The translations under genes were made by a program, and so were the position numbers. A stretch of DNA of 64,000 bases. It comes from Chrysomallon squamiferum. Taxonomy: Eukaryota; Animalia; Mollusca. The notes beneath the pieces were generated by a model. It searched no databases and was not told the origin of the DNA. It worked only from the letters and a program-made list of their open reading frames with translations. The stretch is taken from the NCBI GenBank assembly GCA_012295275.1, contig CM022671.1:24676001-24740000 (forward strand), given 5' to 3'. The stretch's first letter is position 1, and the number at the start of each line of letters is the position of its first letter. Of the stretch, positions 1 to 12,585 are shown piece by piece.

Positions 1-680
1 TCTTGTGTTTATAAATGTAAAATGTATCCGTTAATCTCCTGTTAAAATATAAATATATGGTTAGGCACATTTATGGGAAAATTTCAGAAAAAAAGGGTTT
101 ATTTTACATATGTGAAACAATAAAATATAATTTAGTAGGAGCAAAAAATATTGTTACGTTTTAACTAGTACGTTATATTCTTTTAATTTATTGTATTAGG
201 AAACGTTTTGATAATTTAGTGTGTTTAATTGTCTTGTCACAGGTGACATCTTGCGGAAATACATTTGTCTAAAACCGTCACGTTTATTCATCCTTGTGTT
301 AAATGGTGTTGATACATGAACTGCGTAGGTTTAACTTGTATTAGAAAAGTAAACATTTAATTTAATTATGAAAGTACGGTTTATGCTGTGCTTAGAACTG
401 CACAGCGTAAACTCTTCGTGTTTTTATGTTTGTTATTTGTTATTTGTTTATTTCATAGGCAAACAGGTAAAAAAAACAACAACATTTAAGCACATCTGTC
501 TTAAAGCATGAAATTTGGTAACATAAATACTTTGTTATTTAAAAGGTTTCTAAAATTTATAAAATCACATATTTTGTCCACCCATCTGCAAATAATTGTA
601 ATTTTGAAATTGTAGCATTGCCAATATCACTTGCTTCCCTTTAAAATCTGGATTCAGCAAATTTCAGCATCCAAACGTAC

Positions 681-702
681 CAGCTTTCATGGTCTTTGCC
701 AT
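681..702 (-). CDS. Possible first coding exon (MAKTMKA...) of a gene continuing off the left edge
   Basis: The minus strand reads tcaattAG|...ATG GCA AAG ACC ATG AAA GCT G|GTACGT. Candidate upstream exons have good donors at 2966 (AG|GTAAGA) and 3627 (AG|GTGAGT). Only 7 codons, so the product cannot be identified. Confidence 0.25.
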
Positions 703-929
703 ATGTGCACATGTAATATAATATTAGCGATCCTAATTGATAATCAGTAGTATTGTTTCTGGCAATATTATCAGCATACATTTAAAGAAATTAAAAAGTA
801 TACATATATTTAGAAAATACATTGGCTCATAACAATTTATACACGTAGGTTTATATTCGTCTTGTATCACCTCAAGCAGGAAATTTTAATGTTAAAGAAT
901 TCTGATTTTCATATATTTATTTTACTAAT

Positions 930-1165
930 TCTTCTACTGCTGCTGCTGCTACTACAACTACTACTACTACGACTACTACTAGTAGTACGACTAGTACTAC
1001 TACTACTATTACCGCTATTAGTACTACTAGTACTACTACTGTTACTAGTACTATTATTACAACTACTACTGCTACAAGGACTACTACTACTACTACTATT
1101 ACTACTATTACTAATACCACTATTAGTACTACTATAACCTCTCTGCTACTACTATTACTGCTACT
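930..1165. repeat. (CTA/ACT)n trinucleotide microsatellite
   Basis: Directly visible; explains the poly-Leu and poly-Val ORFs 862..1137 and 917..1120. Confidence 0.95.
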
Positions 1166-1742
1166 ATTTCAATTACAACTTTCTTAAAATTAACTAAAAA
1201 AAGAAAAAAGAATGTAACATAGATTTCTGTTTTTCAAAAAATCGTTAACAAAAAGAGCTTCCTTATTTTAAAAATAAGAACTACCTCTTATTGCCCTATG
1301 TATTTAAACACGATGAAAGCGTACCAGCTGGTAACAGATACAACTTATTTTGTCCCCGCTGGGAGAGGTTGATTTTGTTGAAAGATATAAAGTAAAAAAA
1401 ACCCCAACGACAACAGAAAAAACGTCTATCACATTTCCGAAACGATTTATAAAATGTTAAGTGGATAAAATTTTGTTTACTGCTTTTTACCTCATTTACA
1501 TTAAAATGTTGATAGAGATGAAGATAGTGATAGATATATCAATACAGATAGAGACATATAGACAGATAGATAGATAAATAGAGATATTTTCAGTAGTATT
1601 TTTAGAACGGTTGTTTGTAGAAGAGTTTATATTTATGTACACAGATATTTAGTTTGCGATTATCCACAAACCAGTACTGTCTATTGTTATGTGATAGAGA
1701 TAGTGATAGATATATTAAAATATACATTGATAGACATAATGG

Positions 1743-1786
<44 letters not shown>

Positions 1787-1983
1787 CAGCGGTTGTTTAT
1801 GTTTATCTACAGTTATTTCCTTTTCAGTAATCCACAAAACAGTATAGACATGACAGTTTACGTAGTGACAGTGTGAATAACAAAATTAGCAGCAAATGTT
1901 TAAAGAGAACCTTTAGTGATAGAAGATGTAATTTAAATATATTCTGCACAGTTATTGTTATTATCATTATTATTAATATTATT

Positions 1984-2164
1984 ATTTTGCCCTTCGACCT
2001 TAATTAATAACAAAATAGGACAATTAAAAAAGTTTCCCGTTTTGCCGTAGTTGTGACGTAATCGCTTTGCTTTAACGTTTCATTTAGTGTTGTCGGAATA
2101 AATACAGCGATCATTCCAGCGTAAAGGCAGTGACGTCACGATTACTGTCGTGAAAGGGCAAAAT
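1984..2164. mobile_element. Short foldback/MITE-like element with inverted ends and CRE-like motifs
   Basis: The left end ATTTTGCCCTTCGAC pairs with the right end GTCGTGAAAGGGCAAAAT. Internal inverted arms carry GTGACGTAA and GTGACGTCAC. Confidence 0.45.
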
Positions 2165-2336
2165 GGGGCGTTCAAATGTTGTTGTTTTTGTACAATAATG
2201 TCTTGTCATACTTTGTTATTAGTGATGATAACATAACATTTATAACTCCTAAGTCCCTTTAGAAGAAGAAGAAATAATAATAATTAAAAAAAAATCAATT
2301 CCCAAGCACAGATCAAAACCCCCGAGAAAAAACAAG

Positions 2337-2370
<34 letters not shown>

Positions 2371-2379
2371 CCCCACCAG

Positions 2380-2438
<59 letters not shown>

Positions 2439-2498
2439 AACAGCAACAACAAAACAATCAAAACAATCATAAAAAAAAAAAAAAAAAAAAAAAAAGTT

Positions 2499-2537
<39 letters not shown>

Positions 2538-3089
2538 AACAACACAAAAACAAACAAACTTCCCCGAAAACAAAACAAAACCCCCCAAAAAACAACAAAA
2601 ACAAACTGTGTTTTACCATTCCCCTAAATGAAAGAACAACAACAATTTACGACCACCCACAAAAAAAAATATAGCCATCACAACATGAAATCTGTGTTAA
2701 GCGATACCATTATTACAATGTACTAAATGATGTATTTGTGTTTTTATACAAAACTAATATATTATTATAATGTACTAAATGAACGTACAACATGATGTAT
2801 TTGTGTTTTTATACAAAAATAATATACTCAAACTTGACCTCAACGCCTGACGTTAGTCTGTACACACTAGATTTTTGCTAATGAATAATCTCACTGCTGG
2901 GGGATCTCTTTTTTCCATCGACTTGTTAATCGATCGTAATCAATCAATTTGTGCATCACGTCTTACCTTTGCAGAACACTTTATTTCAATTCTGGTTAAA
3001 CCGTTTATAAACACTAATTAGACGTGTTGGGTATTTCCAGTGGTGACAGGTTTTGATAAAAAAAAAATATGTGAGAGTATTGTAAAATG

Positions 3090-3395
3090 TAGTAGAGTAT
3101 AGTTTAGTATAGTTAGTGTAGTATATAGTAGTATAGTTTAGAAACAGTATAGTAGAGCAGAGTATAATATAATGCAGTTTAATATTGTGTAGTATGCTGT
3201 TATACTGTATGGCTTAGGATAGTATAATATAGTATAGTATAGTATAGTACAGTACAGTACAGTACAGTACAGCATAGGATAGCATAGCATAGGATAGCAT
3301 AGCATAGCATAGCATAGTATAGCATAGCATAGTATAGCATAGTATAGTATAGAATATAATAGTATAGTGTAGTATACTATAGAATAGTATAGATG
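3090..3395. repeat. Compound pentanucleotide microsatellite (AGTAT/AGTAC/AGCAT)n
   Basis: Directly visible; explains ORFs 3138..3398 and 3214..3420. Confidence 0.95.
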
Positions 3396-3627
3396 CACAT
3401 TTCATACACGAAATATTCACAAAATATTTACAAAATAATTACAAAATATTTACATTTGAAAAGTGGATTATATGTACATGCACATGGTGGAGAATGGACC
3501 GACATTTTGAAATAAAACATGTTGAGAACAAATGTCCAGAGAGCGTATTTTGTGTAAAAAAAAAAAACACCCCCAAAAACAGCTGAAAGATGTGCTTTGA
3601 GAAACTGGCCAAATAAAAAGTACTCAC

Positions 3628-3900
3628 CTCTTTGCTGATAATAATTGTGTCTGCTGCAAGATCCTCACCGGGTCACGGTTCACCGAACACGAACTTTTGA
3701 CACTGAAGGAAAAGCCTTACGTAGTGTAATAAGTCAGATCAGGTATCGCGATACGTCTTTTTATTTTTTTTTCTAATTATGTGCGAAATGTAAAAGTCAG
3801 TGTGGAATTTGGGTAACACCCGCCGCGTCACCGACTGAGGATTCTAGGAGACTTTTGTTGTTAAGAGAGCAGAAGAGGTCAGATCTGCGCGTGCACAGTG
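3628..3900 (-). promoter_or_regulatory. Candidate promoter and non-coding first exon of a leftward gene
   Basis: Locally CpG-enriched patch ending in a consensus minus-strand donor AG|GTGAGTA at 3627. Confidence 0.3.
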
Positions 3901-5168
3901 TAAAAGAAAAGCAAAAGCAGTAGCGGTTTGGTGAACATGAATTTTTCTCTGTGAGTTTTTATGCATGTGAAGGAGAGAGAGAAAATAAATGCAGCACACA
4001 CAAGGCACAAAAAGACGTTTTGTGTACGAACACAAAATACAAGCTCTCAAAATTCACGAAATCAAATACATATAAATAATTATATATGTGTGTGTGTGTG
4101 TACACATTAACATACACACATGCACACGCGCACATACACGTAAATATATACAGATCATGTAAACACGTATACACACATACATACACACATATGTATATAA
4201 TTATTTATATATATTTACCTGTGTGTATGTGCATGTGTGCCTGTGTGTATATATACAAAAACTAATACATAGACACATACATTCACATATATACATACGT
4301 AAATACACACACACACCACACATACGTATATACATACATACATACATACATACATACATACATACATACATACATACATAAATACATTTATACATACACC
4401 CAGCAAATAGCTGTACATATTATGATAACCTGAATACTTGAACACAGACTATATATTACGTGTCCTTTACGATATCCAGCATACAGATCTGTGCTGAACA
4501 GTTTGGTCTGTTTTCGATTAATGTAAACAGTGGTGATAGGAAAATATATTAATATGTAAAGCATTTTATATTATTTCCATGTTTATTGTTTTATATTTGT
4601 ACATACATGTGATATGCCATTGTTTTGAGATGATAATGTAACAGCCACGCTTGAATGCCCGGAGGCAGCCATTTTCTCTTTTTGTGACGTCAGTTCGTAC
4701 ACAGATAGAGAGTAAATTTAAGTATAAAAAATGCATTTAGGCTGTTGTTGTTTATTCAGCAAGATTCTATTTCAAAAGACGGTCACGTATATATACTTTT
4801 ATCAATTATATTTATGTATGTTAGGATAGATATAAAACTTATTATTGCGTAACATTTATTCATATAAATTTACACATGAATGCGTGTCAAAGGAAACTGG
4901 TTGAAAAGTCGCAGAAAACTGTGTTATGGGGTTAGAAAACAGAGAAATAAACAGAGCAGTAACTAGCATCAGTATAACACATTCTGAAAATAATATGTTT
5001 TGTGTTTGTTCGTTTGCCAGGAGGAATGTTTGAGTCTCGACAATAGCAGTGATGGTAATAGTAACAGTAATGGCAGTAACAGATGTTGCTGATCTTTACT
5101 GTTGTACTTTTTTTTTTAAATTGTTATAATTAATTTTATTATAGAGAAATCCGAACAAGAAGTACTTC

Positions 5169-5202
<34 letters not shown>

Positions 5203-6474
5203 GTGTGTGTGTGTGTGTGTGTGTGTGAGTGTGTGGTGGCTGTGTGTGTATGTATGTTCGTATTATATAACCTTAGATAAGCAAGTTAAAGTTTACTGGA
5301 ACTGGAATAGCTAATAAGACTTGTGCTGCCATAACAAATATTCCCAGAAGTGCAATTGATACAAACATTGCTACAAAGTATCTATGTTATTTCCGTGACA
5401 AGAAAAAAAAAAAAAAGACATTGAGCAGTCATATTTAATAAAATAATAATAATAATAATAAAAATTAAAAATTATAGAACAATTTTAACAGAAATGCCAG
5501 ATAAAACATTCAGATGCGTTAGAATAGCAAAATAATTAATTTATAAAAATGATGGCTTCCAGATTTCTGCTTTCAAGTACAGAAAAATGCTAGCGATACA
5601 TCGGTTAATAGATAACTAGTGACAAAAGAAACATTGCAGTTAAATTCATGTGTGTATTTTTATAAAAAAAACAAACAAATAACTTAATATTTCGGCTAAG
5701 ATATTAAATTTGATCACACTTTACGTTCAGATGGGAAATCATATAAAACTTTTTAATTAAATATTTTCTTATTAAGTCGAAACATGTTTATGAAATAATC
5801 ATCTTTTCTATAACTTAGTGGATGACTTCTCTTTTTATACCTTTTTTATTTTTTTCTTTCGTTCTTTTTTTCTTTCTTACTGTTTTCTGTTTCTTTTCTG
5901 TTCTTCTTCTATCTATGTCTTTTATATTTGTTGACTGTAGCTAAAAGATTAAAGCTCTGTGTTGTACCGTAGACTGCTGGATCAATTCTATGTCATTATT
6001 AATAGCTCATATACGGGTTTTTTAATTTAAATTTTTTATTATTTTATTTTATTTTATATATTTTTAGTATCCTTTAATGGTTGTGTATCTGGAGGTTGTC
6101 TCTAATTAAACGTTAGCCTGAAAACCAAACATAAATATTATATCTGTAATAGTAAATAAAACCCCTTTAACTGTCTCTTTTGTCTACAACTTCTGAAGTG
6201 CATTTTAAGTACATACATTCGTAATAGCAACGATAATTTACATTAAGCAGTTATATTAAGGCCTTCTCATAACCACATGGTCTTAGGAAGTAATACACGG
6301 GGGAAAATAAATAACAGATAAGAACTTATAAAGCAGAAGCAGTGAAAGAAAACCTAGGCGAGTATGTTTTTTCATTGCTTGAATTCAGTCTACTCGTTGT
6401 TATGTCTCTTTAGTCTGACACTGCAACCACACGTATTCGATGTCGAAGTAAACCCCACTCATAATCAATATGTA

Positions 6475-6608
<134 letters not shown>

Positions 6609-6929
6609 TGAGCAATAGACTTTTGTAATACTTACTTATTTAAAACAAGCAGTGCTATATATTCTGTTATATATCGCCTTTATCTGTGTCTTCCTGTTAT
6701 CGATGTATAAACTTGTATTTTCTGCAAAATGCAGTAAATCAATCTTTATCATGTTATTTACAATTTCTCAGCGCTTGGTTTTCAAGTTGTTCGTCTTATT
6801 CAGTGATCTCAGTTTCCCCGTGTCATTATCTTATAGTTCAGTTTCTTCGTTTGTTTCTCTACAACAGGCTGTCAAAACAAAACAATACTTTTAACTAATC
6901 GGTATTTGAGTTTTTCTAATTGTGGTGTT

Positions 6930-7330
6930 TGGTTCATTAACTGTACTCAGTTTCTCAACACCTGTTTACCAACACGGCAGAACGTTCTCATTTCTCAGCA
7001 AATGACGTTACGTTTCTGATTATTTTTTTTAGATCAGTTCTCAACACCTAATAATCTGCTTCTTAATATTTGCTGTTCAGTTCTCAGCACTTCATATTCT
7101 GTTGCTTAATAGTTGCTGTTTACTTCTCAACATTTGGTATTGTGTTTCTCATCACTCGACGTTTTGTTTCTAAACGTTTTCTATTCAGTTCTCAGCACTT
7201 CATAGTCCATTTGCCAATATTTGCTGTTCTAATACAAAACATTTCATTTTCTGTTTCTCAATGTTTGCTCTTCTGTTATAAACGCTTTATATTGCGTTTT
7301 TCACCATTTGCTGTTCAGTTCTCAACACTT
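6930..7330. repeat. Degenerate ~21-bp minisatellite (consensus near TTGCTGTTCAGTTCTCAGCAC)
   Basis: Recurrent CAGTTCTCA(A/G)CAC and GCTGTT motifs, for example at ~7035, ~7071, ~7186 and ~7308. Confidence 0.6.
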
Positions 7331-7421
7331 AACAATGAGTATACTCGATAGCTGGGTGTTCCTTTTTATAAAACTTACTCTTTCAGTTGGAATCAACAAA
7401 TGGAATCCTGCTGCATAATTC

Positions 7422-7480
7422 GTTTCTTCCGGCAACCTCCGTGAGAATAAGGATCCGAGAGTTTACGTTACCATGACAAC
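7422..7480. promoter_or_regulatory. Pair of RFX X-box-like motifs
   Basis: GTTACCATGACAAC (7467..7480) closely matches the X-box palindrome GTTNCCATGGNAAC. A weaker GTTTCTTCCGGCAAC lies at 7422..7436, within a locally GC-richer patch. Confidence 0.45.
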
Positions 7481-8823
7481 GCAGGTGGCACGGGAGAGTA
7501 TATTTCTATAAGCATTGATTGGATATACTCACGAGACGGTAGTTGTATTGATTAAATCAAAGCAGTCATTTTTGTTGAACTGCTGTGTTTTATTGTTGAT
7601 CAATATGCTACATGATTGTTTGGGATTATTTTTCTGAAGCTCACGGGTAAAGCGATTGCCTTTAGGCTGCAGGATCAATCCTTATTAATTCAGAATATAA
7701 TGTAAACGTTCATACACTTATATACTCCGCAACAATGAGTGTTTATGTGCTGAATTTGCAAACATATCACCAGTGTACATTTATATACCCAGTTTATATA
7801 CATGAGAAATATCTTTCTCTTTCTCTCTCTCACTCTCTCTCTATCTCTCTCTCTGCATATGTAAACTCTAAAGATATAAAAAATATACAGTGTATACAAC
7901 TATAATACTCATACTCAGTATACACTTTGTTAATAACTAACAAAAGAATTAAAATAATAATGATAATAATAAAACAATCACAATACATTTATTTATGTCT
8001 GAGATATGAAAAAACGTACGTCTGTACCTAAAATGCAAGCACACGCCTGAAATGCGTGCTTACCCTGAATACAAAAACACATAACAGAAATACAGACATT
8101 TTTTTCTTCACATAATATACAAATAATACACGAAAGAAATTATACTGAACATACAAATGTACAATGTACCTTCATGCAAATAAAAGACATAACAAATGCA
8201 TTATCGCTGAATGCGTTTTTACTGCATGAACGAATGACCGGACAAAAAAATTAAATATAAGGATGTAATAGCTGTAAAAAAAATTGTTTCCAAGAACAAG
8301 AAAAATAGAAAAGAAAACAGGGCGTTACTTAAACGTTAAAGAATGAAAACTGAGTATTTTTTAAAGAGTTTGTGAAGAGTTTGCCAAGTCTTTACAAAAG
8401 AAAAAATTATTTTCCTTTGCCATATGAATTTGGTTTTGACTTTGAAAAGCATTTGAAGTCGATATTTCCTAGATTTTAATATTTAAATCTGTTTCTGAAT
8501 AACCGCGATGTCGAACTAACCTCTTTCGATTCGAGTCCAGCTCTTTTATAAACTTAAATAATTTTCAGCATTGCAAGTGTGTTTACTTAGGAAAATTTGA
8601 TACGGATTCAGTAAAAACAGTCTGACACAAATATAATTCCCGTTGACAAGGTCGAATTAATAAATTCGATATCGAGAAACCTAGGTAAACAGTTCCTTGG
8701 TATGGTTTAAAGGATTATGAAGCATAAGGATGCTTTGAGTCGTAGATTATTGCAGAAAAAATTCAAATAGTTCAAAATATAGTTTCTACGAAATATATGT
8801 ACTAAATTAATTAGTTAAGATAA

Positions 8824-8858
<35 letters not shown>

Positions 8859-10422
8859 TAAATATAATAATAACATCAATAACAGTAATAATAAAAATCT
8901 GTATAGCTAAAATCAGGTTTTTATAACCATCGTCATGTTCATGTCTCAATAATCGAGCTTGTGATTTTCAGATTTTTAATTTTTATTTTGTTTCCCAGAA
9001 GAATTAAAAGAGAGTAAATATTTGTTATGGCGTAGTCGAAAAACATGCTAAGCAAATAACAAAACAAAAATGAATATTTATTCAGGCTGGTTTAGGTAAG
9101 CATTATCACTCGAGTTACCCTGCACTGAATATTAAATCATGTATTATAGAAGAGCTCCAAATTTAGCTAAAATCTTGTTCACATGCCCGTACAATAAGCT
9201 TATTGACCCTTTGGGTACAAGAAAAAAACATCTTTTTGCTCCTGTATTTCAAACCATTTCTACTTTACCTTTATATCGGCTATCAAAGACGTTTTTCTTT
9301 TCTTTTTCGTTTTTTTGTCTATCATTTATATTCACTGTGTAAGAGTTTTTATGTCACGTGGAGAGTGTTGTTATGATTTTTCTTTGAACCTTTGATACAA
9401 GAGAAATTCATACTATATATATCTGTCTATTTGTCTGTCTGACTATCTATCAATCTATCTATCTATTAATCCATCCATCCATCCATGTCTCTCTATATAT
9501 CTACCTGTCGGTCTATCTGTATGTCCTGTCTGTCTATCTGTCTAGATGTCTGTTTGTCAGTCTATCTGTCTCTTTGACTAACTGTGTATGTACATACGTA
9601 CATATGCTTTTATTTATGTATGTATATGTATGTATGCACGTATATACGTACATACGTACGTAAGTTTGTATGTATCTATCATTCTCTCTCTGCCTATTCG
9701 TCTGTCTATTTATCTTTCTGTCTGTCTGTGCGTCTATCTGAATGTGATTAAATTTCATTATTTGTAGATTACTTCGCATTTACGTTATAAATAACAACAT
9801 TCACAAAGTCAGTGAGTCTCTGCATCCCTCTCAGTTACTTGAGAGTCCAGACGTGGCTCAGTGAGACTGTGATTCATTGCTGCAGCTAACTGGAAACACT
9901 GGCCCGTCAAGTGATGACATGGAATTATTCTCCTCCCATTAACTGAATAGTCAGTCTCCTGACGCCACTTGACTGTGATATAAAAAATGTCGTTATATAA
10001 AGCAGTTTATTTATTTTCTATAAAACTTTTCCAGCACTTGCATCGCATCGCCGAGTTATTGAGTGTCATTGTTTCAAAGAAATCACTCTCTTTTTTTTTT
10101 TTTTTTTTTTTTTTTTTACTACGACTGTTCCGTGGTTGTGTTCCGCTGTTTAGTTTGAGAGTTCACGAGGGCAATAATTTACAAATACCTCTGCAGGATG
10201 TTTCACTCAGTTATAATTAAAGCTTTTCACAAATATGTCAGAAGTATGTTGCTCTCGGGCTGTGAGAATGTTAAGTGTGAGAAATATATATTATATTTTA
10301 ATGATGATGATGCTGTTGTTGATGATAGTTATAATAAACATTGTAATAGAGGGTTAAACATTAAAACAGACATTCAGCTTTGAAATCCGTTGATATTTCA
10401 GAAATTTGTCAATATCGCCGAA

Positions 10423-10674
10423 ATGTTCGGAATGCTGGCTTTGGTATTTTTTCTGAGCGTTTTGAAGACAACAACAGCTCCTCCAGATTTCAGACTTAAC
10501 GACCGAAACGTAACGGGAAAACTTTCTGTCTCATATGTATCCAGACATCACTCGACAGCACAGCATAGGAAAATCGCATAACTTTTCCTTTAGTAATGCT
10601 ATTAATAATAATTACAACATCAGCAGTAATAACAACACAACAACAACAACAATAATGATGATGGCAATAATAAC

Positions 10675-10731
<57 letters not shown>

Positions 10732-11405
10732 CATATGAGGTATTTACCAACATATTTTTTTCTACGACAGTAATTTAAAAAAAAAAAAAAAAAAATATAA
10801 AAAATGTATATTATTAAATAGGTTTTGAATATTCACGGAAAAGGTAGTTAAATAATAAAAAAAAAGAGAAAGTTTTGTTCACTCTGTGATACAACGTTTA
10901 TTGTAAATGTAGTGTAAAAATGGCTTAGGTGACCCGCTGAATGACACAATCTTTAAATCCAGTAGTGTATTCAAATACGTTTATACCGTCAGCCTATTCA
11001 TTGTATTGCTGTTTCAGCGTGCACATGCACAGAGCACACGAATTACGAGTATCCACTACATTTGCGACTGTACAGGGTGTCCGTCACACGTACTCTCTCA
11101 GTCGATGCGTAAAGACTAATTAAATGGCAGCAGTGATTTTCCTTCCATATATATTATCAGTGCCAGTATATTATTCACGTCTTAAAATTTATTTTAAATA
11201 TCTCGATGCTAAAACAAATTGTCAGTTTATTGGCTTGGATAAATTGGAGGATTTGAACAGGAATTTTCCTGACGGTTGTACAGAAAAAAAAGTCCCGTTC
11301 AGCCAGAGAAGCGGGTCATCATTAGGTGTATTCAGAAAAAGCCATCTTTGTTCAGACTGCTTAGTTTCAAGGGGTTGCCACGGTAGCCAGTTACGCTCAT
11401 GTCAA
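10423..11405 (+). pseudogene. Decayed paralogue of the neighbouring M14B carboxypeptidase
   Basis: Signal-peptide-like MFGMLALVFFLSVLKTTTA followed by DF. After a frameshift comes YPDITRQHSIGKS (10538..10576), compared with FPHITRLHSIGKS in the intact gene. DLNRNFPD is at 11250..11273, then frameshifted VQPE, then FVQTA*FQGVATVASY (TAG at 11362) compared with [16 protein letters not shown]. The same ATATTTCAG acceptor lies just upstream of the ATG. Confidence 0.8.
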
Positions 11406-12547
11406 AACTATTTATTACTTTTCAGTATAATTATAGTTGTACTAGTAGAAGAATTGTGTGGTGATATATAAGTACGTAGAAATAAGAAAGAACACCATTA
11501 GCATCAGCATCAATAAATAATACATAAACTAAATAATAAACACACACACACACACAAACACACACACAGGGAAACAAAATAAAATTTTCATATTAACAAT
11601 AACAATTTAGAATACTTTTGTAGTAGCTTGTAGAATAAAAAAGATCAGTGAAGAATCTTTTTAATTGGCTGAATCACATTATATACTTTGTTATTTGTGG
11701 TTTTGAGACGAATGTGTACAACACGTTTAAGGGAATTAAAATAACTAGGAACCACAGTTTTATATACGCATCCTTTGTATTCTTTTAATGTGTACGTTAA
11801 CGAAATTTGAGAACGCGAACTTTCGTTAAACCTGAAAATAACAGCAGATGTTACGTTTAATTTTTAGGGTGTTTTGCTATCCTATCTTAAATAATGACGA
11901 CGTATGACAACAAAAAATGATAAATTTAAAAGTATCTGAGTGTCGCCATCTTCCATAGTCATGACGTCATCACGTACAGAGCTATCCGATTTGCTCTAAC
12001 GTTTGCTCAGGTGTTGTTTATCAGAGAAACTTTCCTATAAATTCACGTTTGCCATGAAATCATCACTCAAATTACAAAGAGATAGAATGGCTTATTAAAT
12101 TGTTTTTAACAGTTATATTAAATATGAATGTCATATTTTATTATTAAATAACACTAATGACCCCATGGAACCTTTTTAATACAAGTCCATATGGATTAGT
12201 TAAAAACAATTAGTGAGTGTATATGTTGTTGTATGTATGTATCTATTTTTTACGTATGTATGTTTATATGTGTAGGGATATGTGTACATATACCTACGTT
12301 TGTGTGTGTGTATGTATTTTAGGATTTGAATATTCTCTGTCTTACGTACCTCTGTCTTACGTAGCCACAACAACAAAAACCGAGGGTTTTGATAAAAACA
12401 TATAGCGGTCGACATGTTTCAAAGAATATTCTCAAATATTATTTATTTAAATCTGTCATTACATGAACTATTGTAAAAACAACGACAGGCACCAGCACAG
12501 CTACAACAACAACGACAATTGCAGTTTATGCTACTACATTTACTGTT

Positions 12548-12585
<38 letters not shown>

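Noticed and set aside
11374-11387. X-box-like GTTGCCACGGTAGC
   Set aside because: It lies inside the decayed carboxypeptidase exon (codons V-A-T-V-A) and is explained by coding ancestry.
11124-11471. 115-aa ORF as an independent gene
   Set aside because: Only DLNRNFPD is meaningful; the homology continues in other frames with a stop, so it belongs to the pseudogene.
11727-12180. Possible TTAA-flanked Kolobok/piggyBac-like MITE
   Set aside because: The internal motifs are suggestive, but I could not match terminal inverted repeats.
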